DNA from: Takakia lepidozioides | Taxonomy: Eukaryota > Plantae > Bryophyta | Length of the DNA stretch: 64,000 bases | Assembly: GCA_030704615.1 (NCBI GenBank) | Contig: CM060732.1 | Location: forward strand, 72,726,001-72,790,000 | Direction of reading: 5' to 3' | Shown here: positions 37,401 to 50,428 of the stretch, one piece after another | Position numbering within the stretch: position 1 is the stretch's first letter | Layout of the letters: every line of letters starts with the position of its first letter | Made by a program: the position numbers and the translations under genes | Notes under the pieces: model-generated | What the model was told of the DNA's origin: nothing | The model's database searches: none | Seen by the model: only the letters and a program-made list of their open reading frames with translations

Positions 37401-40400
37401 AACTTGTCCAACACTTGGAATATTTGAACGTCTTACCTCCCACAGAGCCGCGTGGCAAAGTTGCTGAGCTGACTCTCTTCGCCGCGTATAAAGCGCCGCA
37501 CATCGCTGCGGAACTGATTATTCCACTCACACCAACGTTTCCAGTGAGGAAAAGTTATATCCTGTCCCCAATTTGCGACATGAATAATTAGAAGTTCGGC
37601 CATGAGTGGATTCTTGATGCAAGAAGGTGCAATACTGAACCTCACAAGAACTGAAAGGGTACTTTATAATGTCCGCTGGAACAAATGAAATGAAATGGTG
37701 CTTTATAACGTCCGCGGAAAGCTCGTAGAGCTTATGGGACAAAATGGAAGAAAACATGAGAGAGGAACAAATCCAGAAACCACAATTAATGTTCTAGCGA
37801 TTGTCTAAGGGTGAAGGCCTCGTGTAGGTAGGCTGCCAAGCATTTTTGATCCTCATAGTGAAAGACATCAGTGAGAGTTTGGGTTCCACTGAATAAACAG
37901 TGGAATCTCCCACGGATCTCGTAGTATAGAGGGCAGTAGAAGAAGAAGTGTTCTTCAGTTTCAATTTCCTTGCTGCGCCCTATGCAAGCTGGACATAGGC
38001 GGTCCTCCCGTTGCAGGTTTTCCCATCTGCCAGTCTCTATCCGTAGGTTGTGGGAACCCACCCTGAACCGCCCCAATGCCCTCAAGAGGGAAGGAGATAA
38101 GGGTGCTGAAAGGTAATTTGGTCTCAAGATTCTATCATCGCGGAGCACCAAGAATGTCTCGCAATAGAAGTGGAGCTTTGTTGTGAGATTGGGTAGCATC
38201 CAAGTTCTCTTGACATGTAATTCCATAAGCTCTCTCCGAATGAGTCTGTTGCGGTCATGTCTGGATGTGATGTCCACCTCATCTGGGTTCATTGGTAATA
38301 GGAAAGCAGTAGAAAGTCCGTTACGTTGAAATAAACTGTCCACTCGAGCATACCAGGAGTTCCTGAAACCTGCAGCTTTGAGCCTCATAGATGTTCTGAG
38401 GGCCCTTGCCACTAGCCCTTTGGGTGGAAGGGCCTGCAATCTATGGAGAAAGATTGTAAGCCTGAAGAGGGCCTCGGATTGCAATGGTACACATGCGAAC
38501 TCTGCACCTAGGATCTGAGATGGAGTTGTGCTCCTGGCGCCAAGCATTGCTTGGAGAAAGATGACTGTAATGGTTCCAAATTCTTTTCCCACCAGGAGAC
38601 AGGGACACCAGGTGCCCAGAACTCACAACCATAGATGGTAGCAGGGCTGACGACAGTGTCAAACAGCCACTTTTTGGTCGGGGGATGCCGCAGATGTATT
38701 TGCTTACATTTGGCCTGAAGGCGGACGGAGGCCGCCTTACCTTTAGTCAATCTGTCCAAGGCTGTGGCTGCAAAGTGAAACTTGGGGGAGTGGATAACCA
38801 GACCTAGGTACCGGTATGATTTCACAATCTCAATTTCCTGCTGTTTGAAGATGAATCTACAATCAGCCTGGCCATTGAAGACCATGATCTTGGTCTTGCT
38901 AAGATTGACTTGCATCCCATAGTCTTTGCAGAACTGTTCCAAAATTTTGAGATGGCGTTGCAGAAAGACCGGGGATTGTGCCAAAAGGGCAACATCATCA
39001 GCGTAGAGGAGATCTGATTGGGTTGGTCCCCCATCCAATGGGACCCCAACCCCATGGTTTTTTGATATGTAATTCTCCAAGGCGTCAATGTAGATCCCGA
39101 ACAGGGTAGGTGAAAGGGGGCAGCCCTGTTTGACTCCAATGTTGCTGTGGATCTCGGCTGAGAATTCACCAGCGACGTTGACCATGCCAGTGACAATCTC
39201 ATACATAGAAGAGATGGCACAAAGGATGCCTGGAGGGACTTCCACTCTATGGAGCCGTTGGAAGAGAAGGTCCCGAGGAACTGAATCAAAGGCTTTGTGA
39301 AAGTCCACGAAGCAAACATAGACCATTCTTTTGTCATAGCGTGCACTTTCCACCATAACCTGAAGAGTGAAGATGTGGTCAATAGTGGATCGGTTTCGAC
39401 GGAAACCAGCCTGTCCCTCAGCACGAATGCGAGAGTACTCAGCCCAATCATCCAGTTCCATGGCCACTACTGCCCCAAACAGTTTAGCAAGTAATGAGGA
39501 CACCATGATAGTACGATAGTTTGTCGGTGCAAGCCTGTCACCGCTCTTAAAAAGTGGGTGGATGAACAAAGAAAGATCAGATTTAGCTACCTTGCAAATG
39601 CCACTGATAGGTGAGCATGCGTCTGCTATAAGCTTGGAACCAGCAAGGACAGGGTCAAATGTGATTGCTTCTACCAACACAGGCCTGCTGAGTTCTTGTC
39701 CATGGGGTCCGGTGAGAAGGGCAGAGGCATTAGTAAAGCAAAATCCATCCACGTGAAATTCATCGACCCAGAACCTCAGACTGTCTGTAATCTGTCCCAA
39801 TCAAGCCCCAAACCAATGTCAAGTCAAACTTTGTCATCTGACATTGTTACATAACGTCAGGTTGCGTCTTAATGGGTCTGGGCAAATCTCAATCATTGAC
39901 GTTCTAGAAATGAGCCGTGCAGAAACATGCATGAACAAGACTACTCTCTTATTTCCTCCAATTTCATGTCGAATATCCAAGGTATACTCAAGAGTTGACT
40001 TTAGCCCAAGGAGGATGCCAGAATGCACTGCAGCATACAGAGTCCTAATATTTCCTTCCTATTTATGGTCCCCCAAATTGGTACATTTTCTCCAAACTGT
40101 AGAAGCCATTTTGTCTTTGGCAGGATGTTAACTAGTTTAATCACGCAATTAAGGGAGAGCTTACCAGTTTTTGCACGACTGGATGGTTGCAGTTGAATGA
40201 GTTTTGAGCTCCGAAGTTGGGCTTTGTTACTCTGCTCCATCCATTCCCATGGTGCATAACAACAAGGAAAACTGTTCAATGGCTTTTTGACGGGAAGTGG
40301 GAACTAGAACACAATAGGAATAGGTCTACGAAAAAGACTCAGTATCAGCTTTGAGAGGGAAGGCAAGTCTGCCACATTCAGGAAAAACAAAACAAAATGG

Positions 40401-43400
40401 GGGCTTGCATACTTACGCGCCAGATTGGTTTAGGATGTAGTAGGTTGCATTGTCGATACCACGAAAGGAAATGGTAGTGGGTGCCTCATCCCCACCCTCT
40501 GCTGTGTGGCTGTAAACTACATCCAATATCACCTGCAAACAAGGACAATTATTGTCAGAAAAAAGTAAAAAAATCTTATGCTTTATTTCCTCTTTAAAGG
40601 CAAAACCAAACATGTTCCTTGCCAGTTTATCATTTGGGGAACAAGAAAAAAATAGTACAGCCACAAAAGCTTTACACATTGGACTATGGTTCTGTTGACC
40701 ATAGACTGGAGCCTGTTGGATGGAGCAGAAAAGGGCAAAGAGAAAGATATAGAGAAAACAATATATCTCTCTCTTTGCCCTTTTCTGCCCCATCCAACAT
40801 CCGCGGAAACTTATGGGACAAAAGAAAGCATAAACAAAGAATCCATGGGCCCTGCTGGTCCAGGGGACCAAGTACAACAAAAGGAAAAGGCACATCAGAA
40901 GACAGCAGACGCGGTCAAGATGAAGTGCCTCATGCAGACAAATGAAGTGATATAATACTTTTTAGCATCTGTGGAAAGCTCAAGACGCTTATGGGAAAAG
41001 AGTAAGCATGAAATAAGAAAGAGATTGGGGCCTCCGAAAACACACCTAAAACAACTATTGATCAAGGGAGTGTCTAAGGTTTGACACCCTGTGCAAATAT
41101 GCTGCCAAGCGTTTCTATCCTCGTAGTGGAACAGCTCTTTGAGGGATTGGCAATCTCGGAATAGACAGTAGAATGAAATGAAATGGAACTTTATAAAGTC
41201 CACAGAAAGCTCAAAGAGCTTATGGGACACAAGAAAAGCAAGAAACAAGAATTAGAGTGAAAGACAGAGTGAAGCCAGAAGCAGCCCAAAAGCAACTACT
41301 GCTCAAGGGATTGCCTAAGGGTCAAAGCTTTGTGCAGGTAAGCTGCCAAGCATTTCTGATCCTCATAAGGGAAGACTTGTGTGAGAGATTGGGTTTCACG
41401 GAACAGACAGTGGAATCTCCCACGGATCTCATAGTAAAGAGGGCAGTAAAAGAAGAAGTAGAGAAAGGAAAAATGAAACATTATAAGGTCCATGGGAAGA
41501 GCTGAAAAAGAGAGAATGTACTCATAAGACGTTGTTTGCCGTAGCCTTGTGGCCATTGACCCCGGGCCCAGTTTGAGCGGAACACAAAGGGACAGAACCT
41601 ACCTTTGTCAGGGGCTGATGCCAGTAGTAAGACTTACCTTGGAATAAACAATTGATCCGCATTTTCCAGATATCCTCGAGAAATCCCTTTACACAAGCAC
41701 AACCTGCTGTGTGTGGTTTGCCCAATAACTAGGCCCCATAAGGGCCTGGGCTTTTGGCTCAACCTCGAGACTTTCAAAGTTGGTAAACAGAGGTACGGGC
41801 ACAATTCCCTTGATAGATTGAAGAGAGCATCTCTCTGGTAAGAGAACCCCGGACAATGAATCAGGAAATGAATATTGTCTTCAGGTTGCCCACTGTTGAA
41901 AGGTAGGCGTCCCGCCCTCAGTTTAAAATTCAGTCTAGTGCCGAGAGTGGGTAGCCCCTTGAGGTCATCCATGATGTCCTCCCCCATGTCACAGACTGGA
42001 AACCTAAGTCAGATTTATCCAGCAGGGTCGAGACTTGCGGGCTAAGATTCAGATCCTTGAGAATCTCTTCTACTCTCTTCCGCCAGGACTTAGCCTGTTT
42101 GACAGGGTGATCCTGCTTCCAAGATATAGAGTCGATTAACTTAGGATATCTGATGTTGGACATATGTTGCAGCTGACCCCAACATCTGACCTTGAATTCA
42201 TCTCGTCGGGAGCTTAAGGAAGGGATGCCAAACTCACCCCGAACAGCCACATTGGCTGTTTTGGAGCATGCTGACATGCACTCCTTAAGCACCCCCCACT
42301 TGAGTGGATTCTAGAGACTTAGCCTGGAAAAGAGTTGAGAAAGAGACAGACAGAGGAAGAGAAATGAAATGAGATGGTGTTTTATAACGTCCAGAAGCTC
42401 ATAGAGCTTGACAAAATGGAAGAAAACATGAGAGAGGAAACAAAACCAGAGCCAAAAATAAAAACTATTGCTCGAGTGCTGAAGAGAAATGAAATGAAAT
42501 GGTGCTTTATAACGTCCGCGGAAAGCTCATAGAGCTTATGGGACAAAATGGAAGAAAACATGAGAGAGGAAACAAAACCAAAGCCAAGAATAAGAACTAT
42601 TGCTCGAGTGATCGTCTAAGGGTGAAGGCCTCGTGCAGGTAAGCTGCCAAGTATTTCTGATCCTCATAGTGGAAGACTTCAGTGAGAGATTGGGTTCCAC
42701 AGAATAAACAGTGGAAGAGAGAAAGAGAGAAACCTCAATGCCGTTTCTATGCAGCTCCTTCACCAATATCTTCAGTGAAGAGCTTGCAGAAAGGCTGTCT
42801 CCTGATGGACCATAGCTTCCCATCGGGGAGAAAAAGCTGCCCACATGAGCACAACATAACACATCCCAGTGAACCCTCTGTCCACCCTATTTTTCAACAC
42901 TGAAGTGGTTTCTTGTTCACTAAAATTGCAGGAACAGCCAACTTAAGGAGCAAGGTACATAAGTTCATGCAGGTCTAGGACTCAAAATATACCTGACAGG
43001 GTAATAACATCCCCTGCTTGTCTCATATGCAAAGACTGGCTGCAAAATCAGTGCATTCACACCTGCAGTTCCACATGGACTAAAATGTGAGCATGATCTA
43101 TCTACATCGGCAGATGCATAATTACAGCGACAGAAAGTCTATCAGCATGGCATCATAAGGAGCATATCAGTGAGTAATATTTTGGAATGGTTCCTGTTAT
43201 ACTCTGAAGAGCTCTATCTTCTCAGCAAGCTCCTACACTATGCTTGACTAAGCTTATCCAGAGCTGCCAGGCTCACACAAGCATTGCGAACACAAACAAA
43301 TGTGATATGGTCGGGCTTCACCCCTTCCCTATTGGAACTCTGCTGACATAGAAGAAAAGTTATAACATTTCCTGACGAAATCATCTGCCGCTCCCATGTG

Positions 43401-46400
43401 TCCCAGTAGAGTTGATAGAATCACATCCACAAACATGGGAGACACAACAGTACAGCCATAAGAGATGAACTCTTATCGCCACTTGCATCAGATTAAATGT
43501 TCCAACTAGCCAATGGTAAGCTGCCCATTACAACAACTTGGCCTCACTTTAAGGAAAAATATCTTGATGAGGTTGGCCTGCTCTACAAAACAGTAGAAAT
43601 TGGCAATGGAGCGGATTCAAAGGCTACCGCTACATACCAAGACTGAGAAAGTGTGGCACTTTCTTAATCAAGCCCAAAAACGTTCCCTGTAGATCAGACT
43701 CCAATTCACTAGACTCGTCCCCTGTGAAGTTCACAACATTCAGTCTGTATGCCACTAGATACTCCAGAGGGATCCTGCCAGCACCAGCACTCCCAGTCAG
43801 CTCTGCTTCAGCTAGAAGATCAGCCCAACAATCTCTCAGATGACACCACTAAAAATCCCCAAAGGAGACCCAGTGTTCAAGAACCACCCTCACTCATGGT
43901 AGGGAAACTTAGTGCTGCTAGATGCAAATAACACTAGTGATCCAAAATGCAGTGAGACTCACCGAGGAGAAAACTCGTCTTCCCAGTCGAAAGGCACACT
44001 TTCTTTCTTCAGCCAACCAAGCACTGGAGCAGGTGAAGGTAGATCCTCTGAACGCAAAGCATACTAGACCATCACTTGAGAGTGTTACAGGTATAATGAT
44101 GAATATGCATGCATGCCTTGAAAGAAGCACTGAGAAAAGTTGGGAACTGAGAAACTTGCTTACAACAAGTTGAGAAAAGCGAATTGCTTTGTCTCCTGCT
44201 TTGAATTACATATTTTGCAAAGCTCCAACCGATCACCAGTGTTGCAATTTCGTAATTTGGCAAAGATTGACTGCTCTCCTTCTCTTTTTTGCAATCTACG
44301 GTGGTTAGACCATCATGTTAACAGCTAAACCTCCCACCCCAAAAAACCTCCCAAAAGAAAACTTTCGACACTGACCTTGGCCAGATATGTGGGGAGCAAC
44401 AAGCTTGGCATATGGGTCCAACAAAACATAGCGTGAATGGAAGCGGCAGCCAGTCTCCCACCTGACTTGGCCCTGCACCATGGTGGCTACTTGAGTTGCA
44501 ATGGTCAGACACTCATGAGGCGACCGACAGAACTCATGGCCCTTTGTAGTAGTTATAAAGTTCCTTTCTTTCTTTCTTTCTGTCTCCCTCAGATTAATCT
44601 CTCCCTGCCCACTAAGAAGCATATTGCCATTGGTGGACTTGATATGGGAGTAGATAAATGTCTCTGTAACTACATGCCGACCTTGTGACCTCGTGCCTAT
44701 GTTTGTTTTGACTTGAAGCACTCTGCTTTGGGTAAGGTAGTACATTGGATTTAGTTGGAGAGAATGGGGCCACTCCCTCTGTAGAGTATGTCTACAGGGG
44801 CCATTCCCTGCAGCTCCTCGTGCAGGGATTGACCAACGCGTGAATGAAGGATATGGCACAGTCAATGGCATCGTGGGAGAGCCTCATCTAAGGCATGGAC
44901 ATATTGCATCTGGACCTCTTCCTTCTGGAATTTTTCTATGCGCCACTTTCGAATCGAATGTTTCACAGAACTTTCGGTGTTGAGGAAATACCTTTTGATC
45001 TCAGTCCATACAAGAAAATAGTCGAAGACCCAATATCAATTCTATCATCCGCCACTTTGGCACACTGGGGGAACAACTCTTATCCTTTATGAGATAATCC
45101 ACAATGGACCATTCCCCAGTTTGGGCTTTTCCATGAGTCCACTGTTTATCCAATCACTCCAAGACCTCTCTTCTTGCTTAGATGATGCAAGAAGCAAAGT
45201 CGAACAAGCTGTGGACTCTTGGGAGAGTTTTGTCACCTCTGTGGCTGATAAGATCATTGGGAGGAAACTAACTGTCTGTGGTAGAGCAGTAAATTGGTGG
45301 ACCATGAGACGGGCACTTTATTTAGACTCCTGTAGTATCAAAAATGACAAAGAACTGTGGTCTTGATACTGCCAATTGCGCAAAGAACTTAACCAGCTTG
45401 TAAGGGCTCAGAAGAAAGTTTTTTGGGAAAAGTTGTACCGGGACATCAACTTTGAACAACCAGGTGGTAATGATAAGAGATTCTGGTTGGCCTTACAGAG
45501 TTTGTACAAGCCGAAAAATGGCCAGCAAGTACAGGCATTAAGGAATAACATGGGTGCAGTGGTGACTTCAACAGTTGACATCGTCAAAACCGTTGAAACA
45601 CACTACAGCCCCGTGAATGTAACTGTAATAGATCCTTCAAACATGACTGTAACAGGCCCATTAAGCAGGAGTTGAAGGTCCATGTCAAGCCGACATGGAA
45701 ATCAGCGGCCTCTCACAACGATATTTGCAGTTCCATCGAGACACTTTCCTCATCCTGAGCGAGATTAGACTATTACGGTCCAATAACTTGTTTGTGCCTC
45801 TCTCCATCTCTTCTACAAGCATTGGGACAAATCAGGGTGGGCTCACATAGGCTGAGCATTGAGACGCACATGGCATAAACTGCAGCATGCTGTAAGTCTG
45901 TTCTGCTTGTACTAGAAAAGAAAGGCAGATTAAGACTGAAGGACATTCACACTGTCATCTCTATTATAAAATCTGGGCCACTGCTATTGCATATTCAAAG
46001 CCAATCCTGCCAGAGGTGTTCATTATAAGGATCAGAGCCACCTTGTGGCATATATCTACATGAGGCTCTCTACCTATAGAATCTTCCAAAGTTGCATTGT
46101 GGTTTTCTGGTTGTGGTGGTTGGTGGTGGGGGCCCCACTTCTCTTGTTTTCTGCTTTCGTCCCATAAAGTCTTTGAGCTTCCTGTGGACCTATAAACCTT
46201 CTTATGTACTTTCCCTCTGCGCTCTATGAGCTTTACGCGGACGTTACAAAGCACCATTTCATTTCATTTCATTTCTCTTGCCCTCATTCCAAGGTAAGTC
46301 ATACTACTGCTGTCAGCCCCTGACAAAGGTAGTTTCTGTCCCTTTGTGTTCCCCTCAAACTGAGCGCGGGGTCAATAGCCACAAGGCTACGGCAAACAAC

Positions 46401-49400
46401 GTATTATGAGTACATTCTCTTGACCTCATTTTGGCCATCATAGTCATGTAAACTAGCAAAGATCACTGTGGGGGGAGTTCTCCAGGAATATCAAGTCTTT
46501 TTGCGCGTTGGACAAGCTTCATTTCGAAGCATCATGGTGCCATCAGTGTGCCATTTGAGGGTGGAGCAACACAATCAGTGCTTCTATACACCGACAATGT
46601 CGCCTTGTTGGTATTATCCTCTCTTCCTACAGCAACACCTCTCCATTTGGGAAGTAGTTGCAGGGGCCTATGTGGGCTGCAGGTCAACCTCAAGAAGACC
46701 CAAATAATGGTTTTTAATGGAACTGTCACTCCCACTGCTCTCTTATGGCTGTGATCTCTGCTTCCATGTGGAAGAAACAAATCGAGCCGCTCCAAGCATA
46801 TTTTCTTCAGGGAATGATTGGAGCTAGGCACACCACAGCCACAGCCATTCAGATCATATGGGCTGAATTGCCTGTGCATTATTTAAGTTCAATGCCCAAT
46901 TTTGCCTCGTGATCTTCTTGACAAGGTTGCGATCTCTACTGGCCCAGTGGTTACGAATGTGTGGTCTCTCAACTTAAGCTGGCTCAAGGACATGTAGTGT
47001 CATCCAATGACACGGCCTCTCTCCGGACTCCATATTGCCCAACAACCCAAGCTTCTGGAAATCCTTTCCAAGAACAAAGTCATTTGGCAAGAGATAAAGA
47101 AATTACACGTCATGCAGACGTGGAGGTCAGAGAGCCCAGAGAGCCCACTCGACACTAACCTACGGTTCTCCAACAGAATCTTAAGGCCCAACTACTTGCC
47201 TATTCCTCTCTCTCCATCTCGTTTGTGGGCATTCACATAGTGTAAGGATGAAGACCCACAGACGGGACTGGCTGCTGTGAGCCGACCCCTATGTCCTGCT
47301 TGTGCTCCAAAGGGCAGGCTGGAGATTGAGACTGAAGAGCACCTCCACTATTGCCGTCCTCTTTACCATGAAATCTGGGATTGCCACTTTGCATTTTTGG
47401 GTTCCGTTACGAGGATCAGATATGCCTTCTTGCATACTTACACAAGACTCTCCATATTAGGAAATCACTAAAAAGTTGACTTGCAATTTTATGGTTTTGG
47501 TGGCTTGTTGTTGGGGCACCCACTATCCTCTCTTTTACTTTGTCCCATAAACTCTTGAGCTTCCCGTGGATGTTTCAAAAGTTCCTTTTTCTTTCTTTCC
47601 CCTCCTTTCTCTTTTCAAAGGGAAGGTGCAAGACCTCAAACCAAACTCTATGAGAAAACGTCTTCGAGCAACACATCAGCAGAGCTGAGAAAAGCCACAA
47701 GGGCAAGACTCCCAACCTTCCTGTCCGTAACAGAAGCCTCCAGGATACAAACCTGGGACCATCCTCCTTCATGTGCCCAGCCTGGTCACTCCTTACTCTG
47801 GAAGAGGCCATTAGTTCTCAGAGCCCAAGTGCTTAGCAGCTACCTAGATGTAGCACAACATCTTCAGGCAACAATTGGGAATGGAATTATTCTTCAGTTT
47901 TTGTTACTCTACTATGTTGTTCTACTGCCATGGACCCTTAGACCTCCCATGGGACTTTCAAATTTTTCTTCTTTGCTCTCTCCCATGGGGCGTCTAGAGC
48001 TCCCAAGGACAGAATCAATTCTTTTTTTAATTCTTCTGCTCTCTCACCAAACAAAGCTGGCATTTTTCCGCATAAACTTTGGATGACATTCATGTGACTT
48101 ACAAACCAATGAGTATCTTGAGCTGCCTACAAGAGATGAGTCAGAACTCACTGCTTTGTCTACTTTCACTCTTTTCTGGCTTTGAAAAGTGTGGAATGTT
48201 AAGCATACAAGAAAATCACATGCTAACTCTGCGCCTACCTTACATCGATAACCATAGCGAGTGTACTTCCCCAGGCTCTCCAACTGGACATGCCAAACAT
48301 CGCCTGTTCGGTGAATGGCCGGCTCCAAATCTATCTCCAGCTGCACAAAAGCCATACAATGATAAGCTCCCTAAAAGCTTTCATATGTCCCTGGGTGGCC
48401 AAGGTAGTTTTTTACTAGGAGACTGTTTACATTTCAATTACTGGGGGACAGACAAACGATGCCTTTGTAGGCAGGAGACAGTGCAGCTCTCCTCTTGCAA
48501 AGACTTTCCATAACACATGGTAAAAACCCTGCAAAGATGAGAAGTCTCTTCTCCTTAGTTGTCTCATCCAGCACATTTTGTTACAAAATGATCTAAAAAT
48601 ACAGTAAAAGTTTGAGCTTAGTGTTGACAAAGGTGCAATTGCTAAGACCAGAAACTTACAGATGGTTCAATGGCATCGGCTTCATATAGACACAAAATCA
48701 CGTTCTCAGCATGACTTGAGTAGAGTGCAAAATTGACTGCTCCATCCCTTTCCCAGGTGGGCCCCAAGGGATCTGGCTGTCCTCTCCCAATCCCAACTGG
48801 GATACAAAAATTGGTGCCCTGAGCGGCCCTGAATCACAAGAAAGCAGGAGGAGTGTAAAGATAGAAAACGAGGTTCTCATTTAGTGCGTCTACTTCCACG
48901 GTTTCTTTTGAAAGATTAGACAGTCTGGACAGATGTTAGGTGATAGCTTGATTTGGTTTTCAGTCACACCTAGAGGTGGCATCAATGTCGACTATATATT
49001 TCATCTTCCCCCAAAACTGGTGCCATGCCATTTCCAAATACTGGGCTGACACAAGCTGAAGGTAAGCCAACCCAGAGACATACCTGACCCATAACTCCTC
49101 CTGGTTTGCAGTGGCTGGCTTGAAAAACAGAAAACTGACAAAGAAGGGTGCCTGCTTTGCATCAAGTGATAAGCTCAGAGTCTGTACACCCTGGGGCCCC
49201 ACTACCAAAGGAGTCTGCATGGCTTCACTTCTGTCACCAAAGCACATTCAAGGACAAACATGGTAAATAACACTTTCCTGCTGTTGCAAATAACTCTCAG
49301 AAGGGATGTAAACTCAGAACCATTTTCCATAAGCAGAAAATAAGGAGCCTTACACATTTACCAAATTAAATCACAGATCCACTACTATGGTTCGAACATC

Positions 49401-50383
49401 TTAGGAGAAAAAGCAAGGTATCTCTTGCAGCAGTATTGAGAGGAGAGCCATTGGTGCCTTACACTCCATCAACAAAACTTGTCCCATGAGGGGCTGCTTC
49501 CGGTTCAAGCATAACCCAATCTTTTGAATCTGACCGAAAGAGGCCCTGCCATTACACGCATTCAGACACACCCCTTAATGTTACACGACAAAAAAAAAAT
49601 TACTTGCAGAATACATTGTCAGATGGCTCCACCTCAGCCCGACAAGATGTGAAGATTCAAAATCTTTCTGTACTACCCAACGCAAATTAGATCACACAAA
49701 GATGAATAGATCTGAACAGAGCTACTCTCCGCGTTTCCACCTTTGAAATCAGATTTGAATCATAAGAATTACTGTTTATCAAACTTCATGGCTTCCAGAA
49801 TACTCCAAACTGATGGTTCACACCTGCTTTCCAAAAAGGGATGAATTCAAATGGCCATAAATACCATATCCCAGGCCATCATGCCTCACCTACCCATGCT
49901 AATGCCTCGCATGCCTTTGCCCTGACGTAATTTTGGTGCAAGGACTCCCTCTCTCCTGCTCCTCTCTTACAATCCATATACTTCAGTTTACCTTCTGCCA
50001 TGACCACTACTCATATCAAGCTATCCATAACAACGTGAGAAATACACCCCACTTGTCTTGGCCCTTAGACTGGCAAACCACCCCTCTAACTATCATTACT
50101 GCAGGCGCCCATGGCGGGGCCCTTTGCCCAAACATCTGCACTCTAAAACAGAACCTTGGTCTAACCCACACCTCAACCACAGCCTACCTCGGTCCCCTCC
50201 ACCTGACTGCCATTAACCCCTCATTGCCCTCATCCTCAACAAACCCAAGGTAGAAAGGAGGCAAGCTGTCGCTTCGTAGGCAGACCCCCACTTACTCCTT
50301 ATATTTATTATTAAGATTTATGTATAAAGTCCATCCCTGAAAGGGGGCAGTACCCGTAAGGGGAAGAGGATAATTCTGGTTGG

Positions 50384-50428
<45 letters not shown>

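Noticed and set aside
38508-39800. Genuine domesticated isoamylase-RT fusion gene
   Set aside because: A canonical donor at 39591 and intact downstream ISA2 exons explain the ORF. Kept only as a possible minor isoform.
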